From contig CAWCKH010000004.1 of the NCBI GenBank assembly GCA_963796055.1, positions 2,720,001 through 2,784,000 of the forward strand: a DNA stretch of 64,000 bases, read 5' to 3'. This stretch comes from an uncultured delta proteobacterium. Its GTDB lineage: Bacteria; Myxococcota; Myxococcia; Myxococcales; Myxococcaceae. Within the stretch, counting starts at the first letter, position 1. Each line of letters opens with the position of its first letter. The notes beneath the pieces are model-generated. The model had not been told where the DNA came from. It saw only the letters and a list, made by a program, of their open reading frames with translations, and ran no database searches. The position numbers and the translations under genes are program-made. This document shows, piece by piece, positions 33,267-44,755 of this stretch.

Positions 33267-33436
33267 GGAGTGACTCCCTCCGCCACCGGGCGGATCTGAG
33301 AATGGAGGGCCCGCGTCTGTGCGCCGGGCCCGTAGAAGGCGATGCCCAGCCCGAGCAGCGCCACGACGACCGCGAGCACCGTCACCGCGGTCAGCCGCGT
33401 GACCCACTTCTCGAAGCTGGAGCTCGCCGGGTTCAT
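33263..33436 (-). CDS. 57-aa single-TM protein between gspF and gspG
   Basis: MNPASSSFEKWVTRLTAVTVLAVVVALLGLGIAFYGPGAQTRALHSQIRPVAEGVTP; ATGA overlaps with both the gspF stop and the gspG start. Confidence 0.7.
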   Translation of the reverse strand: MNPASSSFEKWVTRLTAVTVLAVVVALLGLGIAFYGPGAQTRALHSQIRPVAEGVTP

Positions 33437-34707
33437 CGGATGGAGGTGTTGAGCTGGAGGATCGGCATCAGGATGCTGAAGGCGACGAAGGCCACCGCCA
33501 CGCCCATGGCGACGATGATCAGCGGCTCCATCAGCGCGGTCAGCGCGCCGATCCGCACGCTGACCTGGGTCTCGTAGCTGTCGGCGACGTTGAGCAGCAT
33601 CTCCTCCAGCTGCCCGGAGCGCTCGCCGATGGCGATCATGTGGTGCACCAGCGGAGGGAACTCGCCCGAGCGCTTCAGCGGCCCGGCGATGCTCTCTCCC
33701 TCGCGGATGGCGTCCCGGGCGTTCTCCACCACTGCGGAGAGCACCCCGTTGCTGATCACGTTCTTGGTGATGTCCATCGCCGTCAGCAGCGGGACCCCGC
33801 TCCGGAGCAGGGTGGCCAAGGTCCGGCTGAAGCGGGCGATGGCCAGCATCCGCACCAGGCTCCCGAACACCGGGGCCCGCAGGACGAAGCGGTCCCACAC
33901 CGGCCGGCCCCTGCGGCTCGCCTTCCAGCGGAAGAAGCCGTAGATGGCGGCGCCGAGCAGCGGGAAGAGCAGCCACCACCAGTCGGCCAGGGTGTTGCTG
34001 GTGAAGATGAGCAGCCGGGTGGTCCAGGGCAGGGTCACCTTCATGCTCTCGAAGATCTTGGTGACCTTCGGGACCACCACCGTCATCAGCAGGGCGAGGA
34101 TGCCCGAGCCGATGATGGTCATGATCACCGGGTAGATGAGGGTGCCCAGCACTTTCTGGCGGAGCTTCGCCTGGCCCTCGGTGAAGTCCGCCAGCCGGGC
34201 CAGCACCGCGTCCAGGGCGCCCGAGGCCTCGCCGGCCCGCACCATGTTCACGTAGAGGGAGCCGAACACCTTCCCGTGCTGGCCGAGCGCGTCCGCCAGC
34301 GAGCTGCCCTCGTTCACCCGGGTCTTCACGTCGGAGACGATGCGCTTGAGCCGCTCCTTCTCGGTCTGGTCCACCAGGGCGGTGAGCGCCTCCACCAGGG
34401 TCACCCCGGCGTGGAGCAGGGTGGAGAGCTGGCGGGTGAAGATGGCCACGTCGTCCGGGCTGACCCGGCCGCGGAGCAGCTTCCCCACCTGGACCTCGCG
34501 GCTCGCCAGCGATTGCTTCGGCTGGGCGACCCCGCTCCCGTTCTGCTTGCCCCGGCCCGGGACCGACTCCCGCTCGGCCAGCACGTCGGTGAGGAACACC
34601 CCCGAGCGCTTGAGCTGCTGGCGCAGCGAGCGGCTGCTGTCCGCCTCGAGCAGGCCCTTGACCTGCTTCCCCGCGGGGGTGAGACCTCTGTATTCGAACA
34701 CCGGCAT
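33433..34707 (-). CDS. gspF: Type II secretion inner-membrane platform GspF
   Basis: MPVFEYRG, FTRQLSTLLHAG, NMVRAGEASGAL, LIYP, IGERSGQLE, MEP, ILMPI. Confidence 0.95.
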   Translation of the reverse strand: MPVFEYRGLTPAGKQVKGLLEADSSRSLRQQLKRSGVFLTDVLAERESVPGRGKQNGSGVAQPKQSLASREVQVGKLLRGRVSPDDVAIFTRQLSTLLHAGVTLVEALTALVDQTEKERLKRIVSDVKTRVNEGSSLADALGQHGKVFGSLYVNMVRAGEASGALDAVLARLADFTEGQAKLRQKVLGTLIYPVIMTIIGSGILALLMTVVVPKVTKIFESMKVTLPWTTRLLIFTSNTLADWWWLLFPLLGAAIYGFFRWKASRRGRPVWDRFVLRAPVFGSLVRMLAIARFSRTLATLLRSGVPLLTAMDITKNVISNGVLSAVVENARDAIREGESIAGPLKRSGEFPPLVHHMIAIGERSGQLEEMLLNVADSYETQVSVRIGALTALMEPLIIVAMGVAVAFVAFSILMPILQLNTSIR

Positions 34708-34713
34708 GGGACG

Positions 34714-36474
34714 TCAGATGTCTTCCTGGGTGACGCTCAGCACCTCGGCTAGGGTGGTCTCTCCGGCCAGGACCTTGCGGGCCCCGTCGTCCAGCAGGGT
34801 GCGCATGCCCCGCTGTACCCCGGCCCGCTTGATGGTGCTCGAGTCCACGTTCTTCAGCGCCAGCTGGCGGATGTCGTCGTCCACCATCAGCATCTCGTAG
34901 ATGCCCGTCCGGCCGCGGTAGCCGTTGCGGCCGCACGCGTCGCAGCCCCGGGCCCGGTAGATGGGGGGATTGCCCGCCCTGGCCACCGCTTCCGGGGTGA
35001 GCCCCACCTCCTTCAGCTCCTCGGCAGTGGGCTGGTACACCTCCCGGCAGTCGCGGCACACCCGGCGCACCAGCCGCTGGGCCATCACCGCGGTGAGGGA
35101 GGAGGCCACCAGGAACGGCTCGACGCCCATGTCCACCAGACGGGTGATGGCGCTGGCCGCGTCGTTGGTGTGGACGGTGGAGAAGACCAGGTGGCCGGTG
35201 AGCGAGGCCTGGATGGCGATCTCCGCCGTCTCCCGGTCGCGGATCTCGCCCACCATGATCACGTCCGGGTCCTGCCGGAGGAAGCTGCGCAGCCCGGCGG
35301 CGAAGGTCAGCCCGATCTTGGGGTTGATCGCCATCTGCCCGATGCCCTGGAGCTGGTACTCGACCGGGTCCTCGACGGTGAGGATGTTGAGGTCGGGGGT
35401 GTTGATCCGGCTCAGCGCCGCGTAGAGGGTGGTGGTCTTGCCGGAGCCGGTGGGTCCGGTGACCAGGATGATGCCGTGCGAGCGGCGGATCACCTGATCC
35501 ATCCCGTGCATCGTGTCCTGGGACATGCCGATGTCCGTCAGGTCGAGCAGGGTGGTGTTCTTGTCCAGGAGCCGCATGACGATCCGCTCGCCGAAGGTGC
35601 AAGGGATGGTCGACAGTCGGATGTCGATGTCGCGGCCGGCCAGCTTGATGCGGATGCGCCCGTCTTGCGGAAGCCGCTTCTCGGCGATGTTCAGCTGCCC
35701 CATCACCTTCACCCGGCTGACGATGCTGTTCTGGTAGCGCTTGGGCGGCTTGATGATCTCTTGCAGCACGCCGTCGATCCGGAAGCGCACCAGCAGCTCG
35801 CGCTCCATCGGCTCGATGTGGATGTCGCTCGCCCGCTCCTTCGCCGCGCGGAAGAGCAGCGAGTTCACCAGCCGGATGATCGGCGCCTCGTCGTCGGTAT
35901 CGAGGAGATCCTGGGGCTCCTCCAGCTCGTGGGCCAGGCTCTGGAGGTCCTGGGCCTCCATCTCGCCCACCAGCTGCTCGGCCTCGTTCACCGCCCGGTC
36001 GTAGACGCCGTTGATCGCATCGACGATCACCCCCCCGGTGGCCACGTGCGGCGAGACGTTGCGCTGCAGCAGCATCCGCGCGTGGTCCAGCACCGTGGTG
36101 TCCAGCGGGTCGGCCACCAGGAGCGCCACCGACTCGCCCTCCAGCCCCAGTGGGAGGATCAGCGCCTGCTTGGCGAAGTTGATCGGGACCTGCCGCACCA
36201 GCTCGGCGTCCACCGCGTCCAGCGAGACCTGCGCGTGGAAGGGAAGGTCCAGCTGCAGGGCGAGCGCCTTGGCCACGTCGTCGGCCGAGACCACCTTGCG
36301 GGCCACCAGCACCTCGCCGAGCCGTCCGCCCTCGTCGGCCTGGGCGCGCAGCGCCTCCTCGAGCGCGGCCTCGCTCAGGCCGGCGGTGGCGCGGAGGATT
36401 TCCCCCAGCGGGCGGCCGACCAGCGCGGGCTGGCCGGCGGACGGCACGGGGTAAAGTTCGACGGGGTCACGCAT
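34714..36474 (-). CDS. gspE: Type II secretion ATPase GspE
   Basis: RASDIHIEP, AEKRLPQDG, GPTGSGKTTT, EDPVE, LRQDPDVIMVGEIRD, tetracysteine CRDC...CDAC. Confidence 0.96.
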   Translation of the reverse strand: MRDPVELYPVPSAGQPALVGRPLGEILRATAGLSEAALEEALRAQADEGGRLGEVLVARKVVSADDVAKALALQLDLPFHAQVSLDAVDAELVRQVPINFAKQALILPLGLEGESVALLVADPLDTTVLDHARMLLQRNVSPHVATGGVIVDAINGVYDRAVNEAEQLVGEMEAQDLQSLAHELEEPQDLLDTDDEAPIIRLVNSLLFRAAKERASDIHIEPMERELLVRFRIDGVLQEIIKPPKRYQNSIVSRVKVMGQLNIAEKRLPQDGRIRIKLAGRDIDIRLSTIPCTFGERIVMRLLDKNTTLLDLTDIGMSQDTMHGMDQVIRRSHGIILVTGPTGSGKTTTLYAALSRINTPDLNILTVEDPVEYQLQGIGQMAINPKIGLTFAAGLRSFLRQDPDVIMVGEIRDRETAEIAIQASLTGHLVFSTVHTNDAASAITRLVDMGVEPFLVASSLTAVMAQRLVRRVCRDCREVYQPTAEELKEVGLTPEAVARAGNPPIYRARGCDACGRNGYRGRTGIYEMLMVDDDIRQLALKNVDSSTIKRAGVQRGMRTLLDDGARKVLAGETTLAEVLSVTQEDI

Positions 36475-36485
36475 GCGAGTTCGAT

Positions 36486-39275
36486 CTAACGGGCCTGGCC
36501 ACCGGGCTGAACCTTGAGGCGGTCATCCGTGGGCGGCGGGGGCGTGGTCTGGGCCGGCGGGGGCGGGGTCTCCGCCGGCGGTGGAGGCTGCTGCACGGTG
36601 CCCGGCTGCGGCTCGGACTGAGGGGCGCTGCTCGCTGGCGGCTGTCCGGGCGGAGAGGTCACTGTCCCCGCGGGGCCGAGCGGGCCGAGCGGTCCTGCGG
36701 GTGCTGGCGCGGGCGTCTCGGCCGGTGGTGGCTGGCCGGGCTGGAGCATCTGCCGCCCGATGTCGGCCGGCGCGGTGGGGCTCGGTCCCGGCGCGGGGGC
36801 GGCGGCCGGGCCGAGGGTCCCGGGCCGGAACACCTGCTCGCCGGGCAGACCGGGTCCGCCGTTCTCGACCTTCAGCTCCTCCCGCATGACGATCTGGTTC
36901 ATCTTCGCCAGCGGTCCCTGCTTGCGGCCGAAGTCGATGGGCACGTCGTAGCCCGGCACCTGCCCGTAGAACTCCTCCACGAAGCGCTGCCGTTCGGCCA
37001 TCTTCTTCTCGAAGATGCGCCGGAAGTCCGAGGCGTCACGGATGATGTACGGGGTGAGGAACAAAAGGAGGTTGGTCTTCACCTTGTGGTCGGTGGTCTC
37101 GCGGAAGAGGTAGCCGAGCAGCGGGATGTCGCCGAGCACCGGCACCTTGTTCACCGACTTGATGTTCCGCTCCTGCATGATGCCGCCGATGACCACGGTC
37201 TCCTGGTCCTTGGCGACCACGGTGGTCTTGGCGGTGCGCTTGCTGGTGGTGGGGCCGAGCGTCGGGTCCTGCGAGACGATCTCCTCGGCGCTCTCGTTGA
37301 TCACCATCCGGATGTAGTCGCTGGCGTTGATCTGCGGCTTGATGTTCAGCTTCAGCTCGACGTTCTGCCGGTTGATCGGGGCGTAGTACGAGCCGATGCC
37401 ACCGAGCAGCGAACCGGTGGTGGCCAGCGAGCCGGCGGCGAGGGTGGTCCCAGTGCCGGTGGGGAGCTGGGGGGCGAACCCGGCCTGGAAGGGCACGTTC
37501 TGCCCCACGGTAATCTCCGCCTCCTCGTTGTCGCTGGTGAGAACGTGCGGCGTGCTCAGCACGTTCACGTCCGAGCTCATCTGCAACGCATGGAGCACGA
37601 TGCCGAACGAGGGGATGGACAGCCCCAGCTTCTCGAAGGCGGGGATGGTCGGCCCCTGTAGCCCGGCGAGAAAGCCTCCGTAGGAGGCCAGATTGGTGAG
37701 AGAGAACGACGGTGGGACGCCGCTGGTGGTGTACTTCGTCCCGACGATGCCCACCGCCTGCCCCTGCGAGGTGTTCACCGTGTAGCCCTGGTGGAGGCTG
37801 ATGCCGAACTGGCTCTGCCGGTCGAGATCGACCTCCATGATCACCGCCTCGATGAAGACCTGCCGGCGGGCGATGTCGAGCTTCTCGATGACCCGGACCA
37901 GGTTCCGGAAGTCCGACTGGCTCGCCACCACCACCAGCGAGTTGGTCGCCTTGTCCGGCGAGATCTTCACCTCCCCCTGGAAGAGCTCGGCGGCGGTGAC
38001 CCCGCCCGGGACGGCAGGACGGGGCGGTGGTACGCCGGGGATGTTCGGTGGCGGCGCACCGCCCGGACCGGTGGCGCGGGGCCGGTTGGCGGTGCCCTGG
38101 GCCAGCGCCTGGAGCGTGGCGGCGATGTCCTCGGCGTTCGCGTTCTGCAGCGCGTAGACGTTGATCCGCCCCTCGCCGCTGATCGGCACGTCGATCTCCT
38201 TGAGCAGGGAGTCGATCCGCTCGTTGGCCGCCGGGGTGGCCACCACCACCAGCTTGTTGGTGCGCTCGTCGGCGATGAGGGTGGTGACCGTGGCCGGGCC
38301 GCCTGACGGTGGCGCCCCCGGCTGGACGGCCGCATGTGGAGGGCCGCCGGGCTGCGGCGGAGCTCCGGGCAGCAGCTGCGGGCTCACGGCGAGCCCGGGC
38401 CGGGCGCCGGGGCGGTTGGCCTTGGCGTCGAACAGCTTCTGGATGGTGGTGGCCAGGTCCTGGGCGTTGGCGTACCGGACCTGGATGACCCGCATCTCGT
38501 CGGAGCTGGAGCGGCTGTCGAGCTGCTCGATGATCCTCTCCAGCCGGTGCATGTTCGAGCCGATGTCGTTGACGATCAGCGTGTCCGGCTGGAAGGGGAT
38601 GGTGTCGCCGTTCTGGCTGACCAGCTGCTGCACCACGCCCCGCAGCGGCTCCAGGTCGGCGTAGCGGATCTTGAAGATCCGGGTGAGCATCTGCTCGTTG
38701 GTGGTGAAGGGCTCGTCCGAGCCGACCAGCGGGATGTTGCTCTGCTTGGCCTTGGCCTTCTCCACGATCTTCGAGAACCGGCCGTAGGGCACCACCGCCA
38801 GCTGGTTGGCGTCGAGCGCGGCAAGGAACGCGGCGTAGAACTCCTCCGCGCTCACGTCCACCTTCCCGTTGTCCGGGCCGATGATGGAGATCTTCCCCCG
38901 GACGTTGTCCCCGAGGATGAAGGTGCGGCAGGTGGCGTTGGAGACGGTCTGGACCAGCTTCTCGACGTCCACCTTGTCGAAGTAGACGTTGAACCGCGCC
39001 TTCCTTCGCACCTCGGAGCAGTCGGGAGTGACGGCCGAGGTGGTGCCTTCACCGGCGGGCGGCATCGAGGGTGGCGTCGCCTGCCGCCCCGGCGCCTGCA
39101 CCGGGGCCGCCGGCGGAGGGGTGGTCGCCTGCGTCGGCGTGGGCTGCGCGGGCGGTGCCACGGGTGCGGCGTTGGGCAGGCGCATCGGACGGCCGGGCGC
39201 CCCCGGGGAAGGCTGCGGCGGCGGGCCGGCCTGGGCGAGCAGGCCAAGCGCAATGCAGGGCAGGAGAGCGATCAT
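36486..39275 (-). CDS. gspD: Type II secretion secretin GspD
   Basis: N0-N3 domains (DERTNKLVV, DKATNSLVV), LDIARRQVFIEAVIMEV, NVLSTPHVLTSDNEEAEITVGQNVP, KVPVLGDIPLLGYLFR, NLLLFLTPYII; Pro-rich termini. Confidence 0.95.
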   Translation of the reverse strand: MIALLPCIALGLLAQAGPPPQPSPGAPGRPMRLPNAAPVAPPAQPTPTQATTPPPAAPVQAPGRQATPPSMPPAGEGTTSAVTPDCSEVRRKARFNVYFDKVDVEKLVQTVSNATCRTFILGDNVRGKISIIGPDNGKVDVSAEEFYAAFLAALDANQLAVVPYGRFSKIVEKAKAKQSNIPLVGSDEPFTTNEQMLTRIFKIRYADLEPLRGVVQQLVSQNGDTIPFQPDTLIVNDIGSNMHRLERIIEQLDSRSSSDEMRVIQVRYANAQDLATTIQKLFDAKANRPGARPGLAVSPQLLPGAPPQPGGPPHAAVQPGAPPSGGPATVTTLIADERTNKLVVVATPAANERIDSLLKEIDVPISGEGRINVYALQNANAEDIAATLQALAQGTANRPRATGPGGAPPPNIPGVPPPRPAVPGGVTAAELFQGEVKISPDKATNSLVVVASQSDFRNLVRVIEKLDIARRQVFIEAVIMEVDLDRQSQFGISLHQGYTVNTSQGQAVGIVGTKYTTSGVPPSFSLTNLASYGGFLAGLQGPTIPAFEKLGLSIPSFGIVLHALQMSSDVNVLSTPHVLTSDNEEAEITVGQNVPFQAGFAPQLPTGTGTTLAAGSLATTGSLLGGIGSYYAPINRQNVELKLNIKPQINASDYIRMVINESAEEIVSQDPTLGPTTSKRTAKTTVVAKDQETVVIGGIMQERNIKSVNKVPVLGDIPLLGYLFRETTDHKVKTNLLLFLTPYIIRDASDFRRIFEKKMAERQRFVEEFYGQVPGYDVPIDFGRKQGPLAKMNQIVMREELKVENGGPGLPGEQVFRPGTLGPAAAPAPGPSPTAPADIGRQMLQPGQPPPAETPAPAPAGPLGPLGPAGTVTSPPGQPPASSAPQSEPQPGTVQQPPPPAETPPPPAQTTPPPPTDDRLKVQPGGQAR

Positions 39276-39278
39276 GGG

Positions 39279-40169
39279 TCAGCGGACGTTGTACGTCTTG
39301 CGAAGCGTGGTGCCGTTCCGGTCGAGCTCGATGTCGATGCGGTTGGTGTCCTTGAGCTTGGTGTAGACCTCCAGCGCCTTCTCGGGGCTGTTCATCTCGA
39401 AGCCGTTGATGCGCTTGATGACGTCCCCGTTGACGATCCCGATCTTGGAGTACAGCGAGTCGGGGCGGATGGAGAAGAGCTTGAAACCCTCGGCCTGCCC
39501 GTCCTTGAACGCCGGCACGATGCGGGCCTGCATCGCCAGGTCATTGAGGTTGGCCAGGGCCCGGTCCACCTCGGTGCGCGGGACCTCGTAGTTGTTCTCG
39601 TCCAGGGCCTTGATCCCCGCGCCGTACGGCTGGCCCGGCTCGGTCACCGGGCGGGTGGTGGCGATGGGTGGCGGGGGTGGCGCGCCGTCACCGGGCTCGG
39701 CGCCGATGAACTCCCGCCGCCCGTTGTTGGCGATGATGATCCGGTCGCGCTCGATGCTCAGCACCTCGGCGCTCTGCACCCGGTCGCCCACCATCACCGT
39801 GGAGGACTTCTGGTTGCCGAGGTCGAGGATGGAGCCGATCGACCACCCGGGTGCGATGCTCACCAGCGTCCCGAGCAGCTTCACCCGGAGGGAGGTGCGC
39901 ACCGGCTCGGCGCTCATGTCCGGCTTCTGCTCCTCCGGCACCTCGGCGCTGGGGAGCGGCAGATTGACGAGCTGGGCGAGCTTGGCCAGGTCGAGCGTCG
40001 CCGCCGGCTCGGACTGGGCGGTCCGGGTGGTCCCCCGGGCGGGCGCGGACGGCGCAGGGGCGATGGCAGCCTCGAGGAAGAGGTTGACCGTCTTCGCCGC
40101 GAGGAGCGCCACCAGCGCCACGAAGCAGAGGTTGACCGCCCAGAAATACTTCCGGATGACGAGTTCCAT
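39279..40169 (-). CDS. gspC: Type II secretion protein GspC with PDZ domain
   Basis: N-terminal TM, HR domain (KLLGTLV), PDZ GFKLFSIRPDSLYSKIGIVNGDVIKRING. Confidence 0.92.
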   Translation of the reverse strand: MELVIRKYFWAVNLCFVALVALLAAKTVNLFLEAAIAPAPSAPARGTTRTAQSEPAATLDLAKLAQLVNLPLPSAEVPEEQKPDMSAEPVRTSLRVKLLGTLVSIAPGWSIGSILDLGNQKSSTVMVGDRVQSAEVLSIERDRIIIANNGRREFIGAEPGDGAPPPPPIATTRPVTEPGQPYGAGIKALDENNYEVPRTEVDRALANLNDLAMQARIVPAFKDGQAEGFKLFSIRPDSLYSKIGIVNGDVIKRINGFEMNSPEKALEVYTKLKDTNRIDIELDRNGTTLRKTYNVR

Positions 40170-40202
40170 GCACGTTGCCCGCGGCGGGGCCAGGCGACGT
40201 AC

Positions 40203-40218
40203 AGCAAGCCCGATGCCA
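40203..40218 (-). promoter_or_regulatory. Sigma54 (-24/-12) promoter of the gsp operon
   Basis: Minus strand reads TGGCATCGGGCTTGCT: GG-N10-GC, matching TGGCAY-N5-TTGCW, about 33 nt upstream of the gspC ATG. Confidence 0.75.
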
Positions 40219-40370
40219 GCGGCGAAAGGCCCCAGGACAGCGGGATTCCCCGCAAGATTCCCGCCCGGCGACGCCCCCGCGCCCCGGCCGAGGGTCGCTG
40301 AGACAAAATGTCACTCCGCCGGTCCGGGAGGCGGGGCGGAACGTCAACGCACCCTCAGCCCCCCGCTTGC

Positions 40371-41753
<1,383 letters not shown>

Positions 41754-41961
41754 CGGGAGAGGGACGAGTGTAGCGCAGAGTCGCCGGCGCGCTGGAGGGC
41801 AGCTCTCCCGCGGGGCGACTGCCACCCTCGGTCGCTCGGCGAGGAACCCGGTGCGTGGGCGGGTATTCCCCTGGCCGCGGGCGCCGGTGTTTTCTTTCCG
41901 CGGGGTGCACAGGCCTGCGAGAGTGCCGCCTGACTCACGTCCCCACCGGAGCACCGCTCGC

Positions 41962-42738
41962 ATGCTGCTGCGCCTCGTCCTCGTCTCCTCCCTGCTCGTT
42001 CTCGCCCTGGGCCTCGCCTGCGACTCCGGATCGCCCGGGCCGGCGCAGGTGCGGATCGCCCACCTCGTCCCGGATGCGCCGGCAGTCGATGTCTGTCTCA
42101 AGCCCGATGGCGTGGCGGCCTTCGGCACCCCGTTCGTCGGGGGCACGGGGCTGGCGTACCCGTCGCTCTCGACCCGCGCCGTGGTCGATGCTGGCACGTA
42201 CTCGGTCCGGCTGGTCCCCGGCGGTTCCAGCAGCTGCGCGACCTCGCTCAACGGCCTGGGGGACAAGACCGGCCTGGTGCTGGGTGCGGATGCGACGCAG
42301 ACCCTGGCGCTCACCGGTCGGCTGACCGGCACCGGCACTCCCTCGGTCGAGGTGAGGCAGATCGACGACCGGACGGCGGGCACCCCGAGCGGCGGCGTGT
42401 CGCTCCGGGCGATGAACGCGGCCCCGGGGTCCACCGCCCAGGACGTGGGCGTGGTGTCCGGGCAGCTCTTCCAGACCTTCGCCACCGGCGTGTCGTTCGG
42501 GAGCGCGTCCGGCTACCAGACGGTCAGCATCACCCCCGGGTCCACCAACGTGCAGGCGGCGCTTGCCGCGCGCGACTCCAGCTCGCAGGCGCCGTGGGCG
42601 GCCGGCACCTTCAACAACGTGTCCGACACCGGCGTCTACACGCTCTACCTCATCGGAGTTCCGGGCCAGACGGCGACGCAGCGTCCCTCGCTCCTGCTCT
42701 GCTCGGACACCTCGCTCAACTGCGCGCAGTCACCCTAG
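41962..42738 (+). CDS. DUF4397-like lipoprotein
   Basis: Lipobox LGLA-C; VRIAHLVPDAPAVDVC and LRAMNAAP duplicated DUF4397-type motifs. Confidence 0.75.
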   Translation: MLLRLVLVSSLLVLALGLACDSGSPGPAQVRIAHLVPDAPAVDVCLKPDGVAAFGTPFVGGTGLAYPSLSTRAVVDAGTYSVRLVPGGSSSCATSLNGLGDKTGLVLGADATQTLALTGRLTGTGTPSVEVRQIDDRTAGTPSGGVSLRAMNAAPGSTAQDVGVVSGQLFQTFATGVSFGSASGYQTVSITPGSTNVQAALAARDSSSQAPWAAGTFNNVSDTGVYTLYLIGVPGQTATQRPSLLLCSDTSLNCAQSP

Positions 42739-42756
42739 CCCCCGATCACCGGGGGC

Positions 42757-43746
42757 TCACTCGGCCTCGGGCTCCATCGGTCCGCCCACCCGCTGGATGT
42801 CGGACTCCTTCACCTTCTCGGCGTTGAACTTCTCCGCCGACCGGGTGAGCTTCTCCATCGTGGTGTCGAACTCCGGCGGCGTCGAGCCGGGCTTCAGGAA
42901 GCGCAGGTAGTTGATGCGCGCCACCACGAAGGGCTTGAGGTAGGGGCTGGTCATCCCCCGGGCCTTGAGACGGTCCACCGCGGCGGTGACCGCGTCGTCC
43001 AGGCCCAGCACCGCCCGGGCGCGCTCCTCTCGGATGGCCAGCGCCTCGGCCAGTGGCTCGTCCAGGAACCCGTCAATGCGCCTGACGATGGGGTGGTACG
43101 CGCCGCCGGAGAGCCGCGCCCGCTTCTCGTAGGCGGCGCCGAGGGTGGCGAAGGCCGGCTCCTCGAGCAGCGGGGCGACGTCCAGCTCGGTCCCTTTCCG
43201 CGTCTCCACCAGACCACGCAGCATCCGGATGACCTCCAGCGAGCGCTCCTTCAGGTTGTGGGCCTTCTCGGTGTTCAGGGCGAGGATCTGGAACGCCACC
43301 TCCGGCTCGGGCAGCAGCAGCGCCAGCACCGTCTTCCCCCCGAGCGCGCGGATGGCCGCGAGCCGGTGGTTGCCGTTGGGCGTCCAGTAGCTCCCCTCGT
43401 GCCGGACGGCGATCAGCGGATCGAGGAAGCGGTCCACCCGCTCCATCGCCGAGACCAGCCGCTTCACGTGGGGCTCGGAGAGGTCGCGCTGGTAGGGGGT
43501 GGGCTGCACCTGGTCCACCGGGAGCGCGGCGAAGAGCACCGCATGCCCGCCGAGCGGCTCGCGGTAGGTGGCGAGCACCCGTCCGCCATCGGCCTCCACC
43601 TCGGCGGCGAGTGAGCGCGCCGCGTCGGGGAGGTTCTCCGCCGTGTCGGCGGGCGAGAGTCCGCGCTGGGCAGCCGTCGCCTTCCGGCGGCGGGGGGACT
43701 TGCGCTTCCGGGCAATCTGGCGGGCGGTCCTGGAGGTGGCGGGCAT
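42757..43746 (-). CDS. ParB/Srx N-terminal-domain protein
   Basis: PTPYQRDLS, FLDPLIAV, PNGNHRLAA (GxxRxxA-type motif), ALNTE; basic N-terminal tail. Confidence 0.82.
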   Translation of the reverse strand: MPATSRTARQIARKRKSPRRRKATAAQRGLSPADTAENLPDAARSLAAEVEADGGRVLATYREPLGGHAVLFAALPVDQVQPTPYQRDLSEPHVKRLVSAMERVDRFLDPLIAVRHEGSYWTPNGNHRLAAIRALGGKTVLALLLPEPEVAFQILALNTEKAHNLKERSLEVIRMLRGLVETRKGTELDVAPLLEEPAFATLGAAYEKRARLSGGAYHPIVRRIDGFLDEPLAEALAIREERARAVLGLDDAVTAAVDRLKARGMTSPYLKPFVVARINYLRFLKPGSTPPEFDTTMEKLTRSAEKFNAEKVKESDIQRVGGPMEPEAE

Positions 43747-43799
43747 GGTCGTGGGGATGGGAGATTGCCGCGCCCGGCTCCCCGGGTCGAGGAGCTTCC

Positions 43800-44243
43800 A
43801 TGCGGGTGTCGACGATCGCGCTGGTGCTGGCCGGGCTGGCCGCGGTGGGCGCGGCGGTGTGGATGCTCCGGTCCGCGCCGGCCTCGCCCGAGGCGCAGGT
43901 CCGTGCGGCGGTGGACTCGATGGCCCGGGCGGCGCGCGAGCACGATGCGGCGGGCGTGCTGGCCCACGTCTCCGAGCGGTTCCAGTCCCCCGAGTTGGGC
44001 GGCAAGCCCGAGCTGCGCTCCTACCTGCTGGCCGAGCTGCTCCGCGGCGGGGTGTTGGAGGTGCGAGTCCTGGAGGCACGCGCCGAGGCGATGGCCCCGG
44101 GCGAGGTACACTTCACCGGTCGGCTGCTGCTCGGACGCACCGCGGGCGGGATGGACCTGGGACAGCGCGCCGTGGAGGCGACGTTCGCCGACGAGCAGGG
44201 GACCTGGCGCGTGGTGCGCGCGCACCTCGAGGCGGTCCGCTAG
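43800..44243 (+). CDS. NTF2/DUF4440-like protein with an N-terminal TM anchor
   Basis: GAGGAG RBS; TM, then PEAQVRAAVDSM..AA..HDAAGVLAHVSERF and C-terminal GTWRVVRA. Confidence 0.65.
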   Translation: MRVSTIALVLAGLAAVGAAVWMLRSAPASPEAQVRAAVDSMARAAREHDAAGVLAHVSERFQSPELGGKPELRSYLLAELLRGGVLEVRVLEARAEAMAPGEVHFTGRLLLGRTAGGMDLGQRAVEATFADEQGTWRVVRAHLEAVR

Positions 44244-44299
44244 GTCAGGGCGGCCGCAGTCAGCTATGAGCTACAGGCTCCTAGTGCTCACCTTGCCGG

Positions 44300-44755
44300 T
44301 TAGATGCCGCTGAGGATCTTCCACCCGTCGGCCTCGCGCTTGAGCTCCATGCGCTTGATGTCCGACTCGGTCATCGGCTTGCCGCCGAGCTTGAACTGCG
44401 AGACCCAGGTGTAGACCGCGTTCGCCCGGTCTCCCTTCACGTCGATGGTCTTGATCTCGATGCGCACCGCCACGTCCTGAAGCTTCGCCAGCCTCTGGGG
44501 CAGCACGGTCTTGAGCCGCTGGATGTCGATGTCGTCTTCCGGGGCGAGGGTGCCGGCGTTGTCGCGAAACGCAGGGTCCACCACGGCCAGGATGCCGTTG
44601 GCATCGCGGGCCTCCAGCGCGGCGTTGTACCTGGAGATGGTGTCGATGATCGCCCGGGTGTCGCCGGTGTCCTCGAGATCGGTCCCGGGGATGCGGTGCG
44701 CACCACATCCGGCGCCGCTGAGCAGCACCAGGAAGGAGAGAAGCGCGCTCCTCAC
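44300..44755 (-). CDS. NTF2-like lipoprotein
   Basis: Lipobox GAG-C, YNAALEARDANGILAVVDPAF, C-terminal GWKILSGI; GTGA overlap with the upstream gene. Confidence 0.75.
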   Translation of the reverse strand: MRSALLSFLVLLSGAGCGAHRIPGTDLEDTGDTRAIIDTISRYNAALEARDANGILAVVDPAFRDNAGTLAPEDDIDIQRLKTVLPQRLAKLQDVAVRIEIKTIDVKGDRANAVYTWVSQFKLGGKPMTESDIKRMELKREADGWKILSGI

